Positions 59,195 to 64,000 of a stretch of 64,000 nucleotides of DNA are shown here, piece after piece. The DNA is from Candidatus Poribacteria bacterium. Its GTDB lineage: Bacteria; Poribacteria; WGA-4E; WGA-3G. The first letter of the stretch is position 1. Each line of letters starts with the position of its first letter. Location: assembly GCA_965205015.1 (NCBI GenBank), contig OZ242029.1, positions 1,536,001 to 1,600,000 of the forward strand. Direction: 5' to 3'. Position numbers and translations under genes: made by a program. The notes beneath the pieces were generated by a model. The model was given only the letters and a program-made list of their open reading frames with translations, was not told the DNA's origin and did not search any database.

Positions 59195-59396
59195 CTTGAA
59201 AAAGACCTTTGTCCCGTGTCCCCCCGCTTGCAGGGGAGAAAAAAACAATGAGAGTCCGCCACACTGTTGGACGTGTCAGCGGGCTCTCCGTAATGATAAC
59301 GCCACCAGAACTGACAACTCTCCCTTTCAAATCGGCAATGAGTTGACTGGGAATTTCTGAGTTAACTCACGTTTCGCAAAAGGAGCGAATCCACAG

Positions 59397-61088
59397 ATGA
59401 AACGGATATATACATTTTTATTGCTTTGCTTTACTTTTGGGGTCATTCTCTCCTGTACGATAGTCCCTCAGGAACAAGTTTCCGAAAGTCGCTTTCCCTC
59501 TGCTGAGTTGGGAGAGCAAAAAAATATCAGGCTACACGCACTCTACAGGGTGCCGCGCCGCATTCCGTTAGGACCGAGTATTCCTCTGGGTGTCGCCGAA
59601 GGTTTGGACGCGGAAAGAGTCAGAAAGTCTATCGTGCAAGTGATTGACAGTGAAGGGCCTCAAGGGAGCGGCTTTTTCGTGGCACCTAACAAGATTGCCA
59701 CGGCCATTCATGTTGTTACTGGGGCTGATCTTGATACCTTACGCGTGAGAAGCGGAGACACAGATTATGCAATTCAAGGGGTCATCGCTTATGATGCCCA
59801 AAACGACCTCGTTGTCCTTAAGGTATCTGGTGGGGGGGTACCGCTCGTCCTCGGCAACAGTGAGACAGTGAGAAGCGGCGATACTGTTTTTTCTGTGGGA
59901 TATTCCTTGGATAGATACAATGTTGTGAAGAATAGTGTGGATTCTTTACAGGGGAGCGGCACATGCATCGAGGTGACACCCCATATCGTTCCAGGCAGCA
60001 GCGGTGGACCCATGTTGAATACTAAGGGTGAGGTCATTGGGATGAATGTCGCTGGCTCCGGTTTTTCGGGTTATGCGATTGTATCAAACGCCCTGAAAAT
60101 ATTATTCGTCGGGTCAGGAACACCGGAATCTGTCAGACAGTGGGAACAGAGGGACTCTGTGCGTGCCTATGTTGTCCTTGGTGAAGCGCACAAGGCATTC
60201 TCGGCAGGAGACCATGCCAACGCAATAGCGACATTCAATAAAGGCATGGCGTTAAACCCTACGTATAGTCGGACGTACGTTGGGATAGTCCCGACATACT
60301 ACAGTCGTGGTCATGCGAAGACGTACCTTGGGCATACGGATTTTTCTAGTGGGAACATAGCGGCAGCGCGCCTCTCCTATCAGCAAGCCATAGAAGATTT
60401 TGATAAAGCTCTCACCCACAACCCCGCAAATATTGCCGCGTATGCCAAACGGGGTCATGCGAAGACGTACCTTGGGCATACGGATTTTTCTAGTGGGAAC
60501 ATAGCGGCAGCGCGCCTCTCCTATCAGCAAGCCATAAAAGATCTTGATAAAGCTCTCACTCACAAACAAACGTACCCGCCTATATACACGGATCGCGGGG
60601 TAACAAAAGTATTCTTAGGTCTCTCTGAAGCCAGCCAAGGGCATGCAGCGGTAGCACTCGGATACTATTCTGGCGCGATTGAGGACTTTAATGAAGCTAT
60701 CCGCCTCAACACAGCAGATGCCTATACCTACGGGTATACCTACGGGGTTCGTGGATATGCCAAAATATGCTTAGGCTATCTTGAATCGGGTAGAGGAAAT
60801 ACAGGTGCAGCCGAAGCCTTATACAAAACAGCGGTAACCGATGCTAATTCAGCACTCCGATTAAATACGGAGAATTCCTACTATTATCATACGCGCGGTG
60901 TTGCGAAAGCGGCTCTTGATGACTACAATGGAGCGATTGATGATTTCGATAGGGCCCTCGATCTGAAGTCGGATTTTACCAGAGCCTACTACAATCGCGC
61001 ACTTGCGAAGGTAGCACTAGGACAACAAGATACAGCAAAGATAGATTTTGAAAAAGCGAGGGAACTCGGTCTAAATGAGAGTAAATGA
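59397..61088 (+). CDS. Trypsin-like serine protease + TPR lipoprotein
   Basis: ILSC lipobox. GSGFFV, TAIHVV, NDL, GSSGGP triad. C-terminal TPRs. Confidence 0.88.
   Translation: MKRIYTFLLLCFTFGVILSCTIVPQEQVSESRFPSAELGEQKNIRLHALYRVPRRIPLGPSIPLGVAEGLDAERVRKSIVQVIDSEGPQGSGFFVAPNKIATAIHVVTGADLDTLRVRSGDTDYAIQGVIAYDAQNDLVVLKVSGGGVPLVLGNSETVRSGDTVFSVGYSLDRYNVVKNSVDSLQGSGTCIEVTPHIVPGSSGGPMLNTKGEVIGMNVAGSGFSGYAIVSNALKILFVGSGTPESVRQWEQRDSVRAYVVLGEAHKAFSAGDHANAIATFNKGMALNPTYSRTYVGIVPTYYSRGHAKTYLGHTDFSSGNIAAARLSYQQAIEDFDKALTHNPANIAAYAKRGHAKTYLGHTDFSSGNIAAARLSYQQAIKDLDKALTHKQTYPPIYTDRGVTKVFLGLSEASQGHAAVALGYYSGAIEDFNEAIRLNTADAYTYGYTYGVRGYAKICLGYLESGRGNTGAAEALYKTAVTDANSALRLNTENSYYYHTRGVAKAALDDYNGAIDDFDRALDLKSDFTRAYYNRALAKVALGQQDTAKIDFEKARELGLNESK
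60309..60565. repeat. Near-identical intragenic duplication, 144-bp period
   Basis: About 113 bp at 60309 and 60453 with 3 mismatches (GHAKTYLGHTDFSSGNIAAARLSYQQAI). Confidence 0.9.
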
Positions 61089-63504
61089 GTACGATGCTTG
61101 CCAACGAAAAACGTGGAACTCCAACCCATGGCATCTAAATGTTCTCATTCTTGCCTTTGGGAGCATCCTACTGCTCACTTTCTGGATACGTATACAAGGC
61201 ACAAGCAGAATTCCCAATGGACAGTTTACCGGACATGATGCCTATCTCTACTATTGGCAGGCACACATCATATCAGAACATGGACAACTCCCCCCACGCG
61301 ACATGTACCGGTGGTTACCCCTCGGTAGAGATTTAGGGCAGACGCTAAACCTTTACTCTTATGCCCTCGCTTATGTCCATAAATTGATTGTTGTGTGCTT
61401 GCCAAACGTCTCGCTCTATGATGTCTGTGTTTACGCGCCCCCTGTCTGTTTTGTCATAGCCTTGGGTTCTCTCTGCCTTTTTCTTTACTATACTCATGGG
61501 TTTCTCTTTTCCAGTATCGTCGGTGTGCTGTTGGCGACTCTCCCGGGGGCCATCGGGCGCAGTTCTGCCGGTTTTGGAGATAGGGACTCCTGGTGCTTCC
61601 TACTCGCCGTCCTTGCTACGACCACCTATATCGCGTCTTTACAAGCTCACACCCCTCGTGAGCGAATTTACTGGACCCTTGTCAGTGGTAGCACTGTTTT
61701 TCTCGGTGGTCTTAGTTGGGAGGCTTTCGGGCTTTTTGTCGCTATAATCCTCGCTGTAGAACTCTGGAGGTTCTGTTCTACTGAGAGGGGGCAGCATCTA
61801 AAAGAATACGCCCTATGGCTCTTTCTGTTTGTGCCGTGGATTTATCTTGTAAGTCACGCGTATCGGAAGGGTTATGGATTTGCTACCCATGTCCCCGCTT
61901 TGATGATATTCTCACCGATTGTTGTTTTTGTGATCCGTAGTGTCAAGTACCTGCTCCTTGATTTCTCAGAACGCTTCCTGAGGTATGCCCGGCAACTTGC
62001 ATGGCTCTTGACGCTAAGCGGGATCGCGATAGGAGTTTGCTACATAGTTATAAACCTTGACAACCTCGCGTTCACCGCCTACCCTTTTCGCGAAAACCGC
62101 CTGATGCGGAGCATTGAGGAACTCGCCAATCCACAGATGAGTTATTGGATTGAACGCTATGGGAGTATTTTTATCTTAGGCAGCCTCGGATTCATTATTG
62201 AAAGTCTCCGTGTATGGAAATGGAGAGCTGTCCCTTTGAGTGCTGCTCTCATACTCTTTTTTACAACAACCTTCTTTCGTTATCCTGTCAGTAGGGCAAT
62301 AGGTATGGACGGATGCAATATGCTTTTTTTCACTTCGCTGGTACTCGTTCCACTTGGCCTCGGTATAGCGAATCTGCGAAAAAAGGAACCTAAAAACGAA
62401 CTTATAACGCTCACTGCCATCGTGTGGGCACTCGTATGGATAGGCCTCGCGCGCGAAGGGAAACGGTATAATTTTTTTATTGGCGTGCCGCTCGCTTTCG
62501 GCACCGCATCACTTTTGTGTTGGATCTCTGCATACCTAAAACAAAAATTGATGGTAGTAAAGAAACTTAATCCTTATGTTAGACACAGGTGGGTAACGGC
62601 TTGTATTACCATCGCTCTGTTTGTCCCTATCCTGCTTTGGCCTGCATTCGGCGGCCACGCAACATACGCTATCAAAAGAGCCAATCATGTACGGGAACCT
62701 GTTCCTGGACGAGGTGAGATTGCAGCTACATTTCAGTGGATGAGCACCGCACTTCCACAAAATAGTATTGTCGCAGCCAACTGGGAACATGGCAGCCAAC
62801 TCAACGTCCTAGGAGGTGTCAAAACCATCATAGATCAAGATCATTACATCCCCCACTGGATACATCTCTACTACCGACACGTCTTCTGTGCGCAATCAGA
62901 GCAAGAGGCACTCTCTTTTCTGAAAACCCATGGAGTGACACACCTGATGTTGACCCAGAAAGAGATCATTACCTTTTCTGGCAGTCATTCTTTCATTGGT
63001 AGCAATGAGAAGGGTGATCGACACTTCCGCCTCTCTAAACTACGACGGGATAGAATAAACTCCACTGAAACACACTACCGGATGATACCCTACCGGGGTA
63101 CGCCTTTGGATTTTGTTGAGATTGCTGTTCTCTCCCCGGCAAAACGATCCGTGACTGTCCATCTTAAAACACAAGACCCCGTGTCGAAAAATATAATGTG
63201 GGATGCAAATAAGCCAGTTGCTATCCGACTTGGAGAGAGCGGTGTGATTCTCTATTTTGATTTTGAAGGTAAGCCTTACACCGGTTATTATATCCCTCCA
63301 TTAGGGTGGAACAGCCTCGCTGTTAAACTGTTCATGCAGAACGAACAGAGCTCCACTTTTGTTCCCATTTATCTTGTGAATGAAGATGATATTGCCAAAA
63401 CCCAGGTGTGGGAAATTCACTATCCGCCCGACATAAAACCGAACCCGAAATACCTCAAAACAGAGATTCCCGAAATAGAAGCACAGTTACAGGCCCTTGA
63501 ATAA
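61075..63504 (+). CDS. STT3/AglB-like oligosaccharyltransferase
   Basis: Multi-TM N-terminal half. GHDAYLYY, RSSAGFGDRD, SIEEL. ANWEHGSQL at the WWDYG position. Confidence 0.8.
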   Translation: MRVNEYDACQRKTWNSNPWHLNVLILAFGSILLLTFWIRIQGTSRIPNGQFTGHDAYLYYWQAHIISEHGQLPPRDMYRWLPLGRDLGQTLNLYSYALAYVHKLIVVCLPNVSLYDVCVYAPPVCFVIALGSLCLFLYYTHGFLFSSIVGVLLATLPGAIGRSSAGFGDRDSWCFLLAVLATTTYIASLQAHTPRERIYWTLVSGSTVFLGGLSWEAFGLFVAIILAVELWRFCSTERGQHLKEYALWLFLFVPWIYLVSHAYRKGYGFATHVPALMIFSPIVVFVIRSVKYLLLDFSERFLRYARQLAWLLTLSGIAIGVCYIVINLDNLAFTAYPFRENRLMRSIEELANPQMSYWIERYGSIFILGSLGFIIESLRVWKWRAVPLSAALILFFTTTFFRYPVSRAIGMDGCNMLFFTSLVLVPLGLGIANLRKKEPKNELITLTAIVWALVWIGLAREGKRYNFFIGVPLAFGTASLLCWISAYLKQKLMVVKKLNPYVRHRWVTACITIALFVPILLWPAFGGHATYAIKRANHVREPVPGRGEIAATFQWMSTALPQNSIVAANWEHGSQLNVLGGVKTIIDQDHYIPHWIHLYYRHVFCAQSEQEALSFLKTHGVTHLMLTQKEIITFSGSHSFIGSNEKGDRHFRLSKLRRDRINSTETHYRMIPYRGTPLDFVEIAVLSPAKRSVTVHLKTQDPVSKNIMWDANKPVAIRLGESGVILYFDFEGKPYTGYYIPPLGWNSLAVKLFMQNEQSSTFVPIYLVNEDDIAKTQVWEIHYPPDIKPNPKYLKTEIPEIEAQLQALE

Positions 63505-63506
63505 GT

Positions 63507-63575
63507 ATGCTCGCAAACACCATAACAATTGCTCGAATTCTCCTCACTTTCGTGGTCATCACCCTCTTTGGAAAG
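63507..63575 (+). pseudogene. N-terminal remnant of a CDP-alcohol phosphatidyltransferase (PgsA-like)
   Basis: MLANTITIARILLTFVVITLFG matches the PgsA-type N-x-(I/L)T-x-x-R-I start. No DGxxAR motif follows. Confidence 0.5.
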
Positions 63576-63665
63576 CCCCGACCCCTCAACAACGTACTGA
63601 GCGAGGCTTGCGGTTGGCTTTTGTCTGCTTCGGGGGATGCCCTTCTGTTTCACAATGAGAACACG

Positions 63666-64000
63666 ATGTTCAAAAAACGCCTAAAAACGAGTATCTTCAT
63701 CAGCATGGGTGTGTTTTCCCTACTCTCAGGGGTCTTGTTGATTCGGACACAAGCCACTGCAGACTCGACTCCGAAGGAAAACCACGCCCGCACTACACAA
63801 AGACAGACAGTATATCGCCCATCACAAAACTTACAGGACACCTTGACGGACTTTCAGACAACCAAGTTCTACCGAACGATTGTAGATAACAATCTGTTTC
63901 GTCCGCTCGGTTGGCGACCGCCACGCCCTCGAGACACCTATCGCTTGATCGGCACACGCACGCCCACGGATGGGAAAAGCGAGGCACAGGCGATTCTCCA
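63666..64000 (+). CDS. GspC-like inner-membrane protein (3' truncated; not in the ORF track)
   Basis: Hand translation MFKKRLK-TM-...FYRTIVDNNLFRPLG...YRLIGT...AQAIL. In frame with the ATG at 63507. Confidence 0.6.
   Translation, partial: MFKKRLKTSIFISMGVFSLLSGVLLIRTQATADSTPKENHARTTQRQTVYRPSQNLQDTLTDFQTTKFYRTIVDNNLFRPLGWRPPRPRDTYRLIGTRTPTDGKSEAQAIL

Overview
Bacterial chromosomal window spanning the replication origin. The order is gyrA-gyrB-dciA-recF-oriC-dnaA on the minus strand, then rpmH-ispH on the plus strand, with no dnaN or rnpA at their usual positions. Gene families and repeat style (ECF-sigma/WD40 fusion, FRG-TPR, FGE-sulfatase paralogues, C25/PorV, heptamer-flanked palindromes) suggest a Candidatus Poribacteria-like organism; this is inference only. 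The left end holds a type II R-M pair and a candidate defence pair: an FRG-TPR-(type IIG target-recognition domain) fusion translationally coupled to an ABC-ATPase/HEPN protein. The middle holds secreted FGE-domain proteins, a PMI-pgi-NtrY/NtrX-pseudopilin-pilD cluster, MurNAc recycling genes, an ECF-WD40 sigma factor, a PorU-like C25 peptidase with PorV, and an M30 peptidase. The right end holds a receiver-less sigma-54 activator, its enhancer boxes and a consensus -24/-12 promoter. These precede a small secreted Cys/His peptide, a His/Ser-rich anchored protein, a trypsin-TPR protease, an AglB/STT3-like oligosaccharyltransferase and a GspC-like gene. At least three families of short palindromic repeats occur, several inserted in frame inside genes (ispH, gyrA, namZ, the histidine kinase). 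No rRNA, tRNA or CRISPR array was seen.
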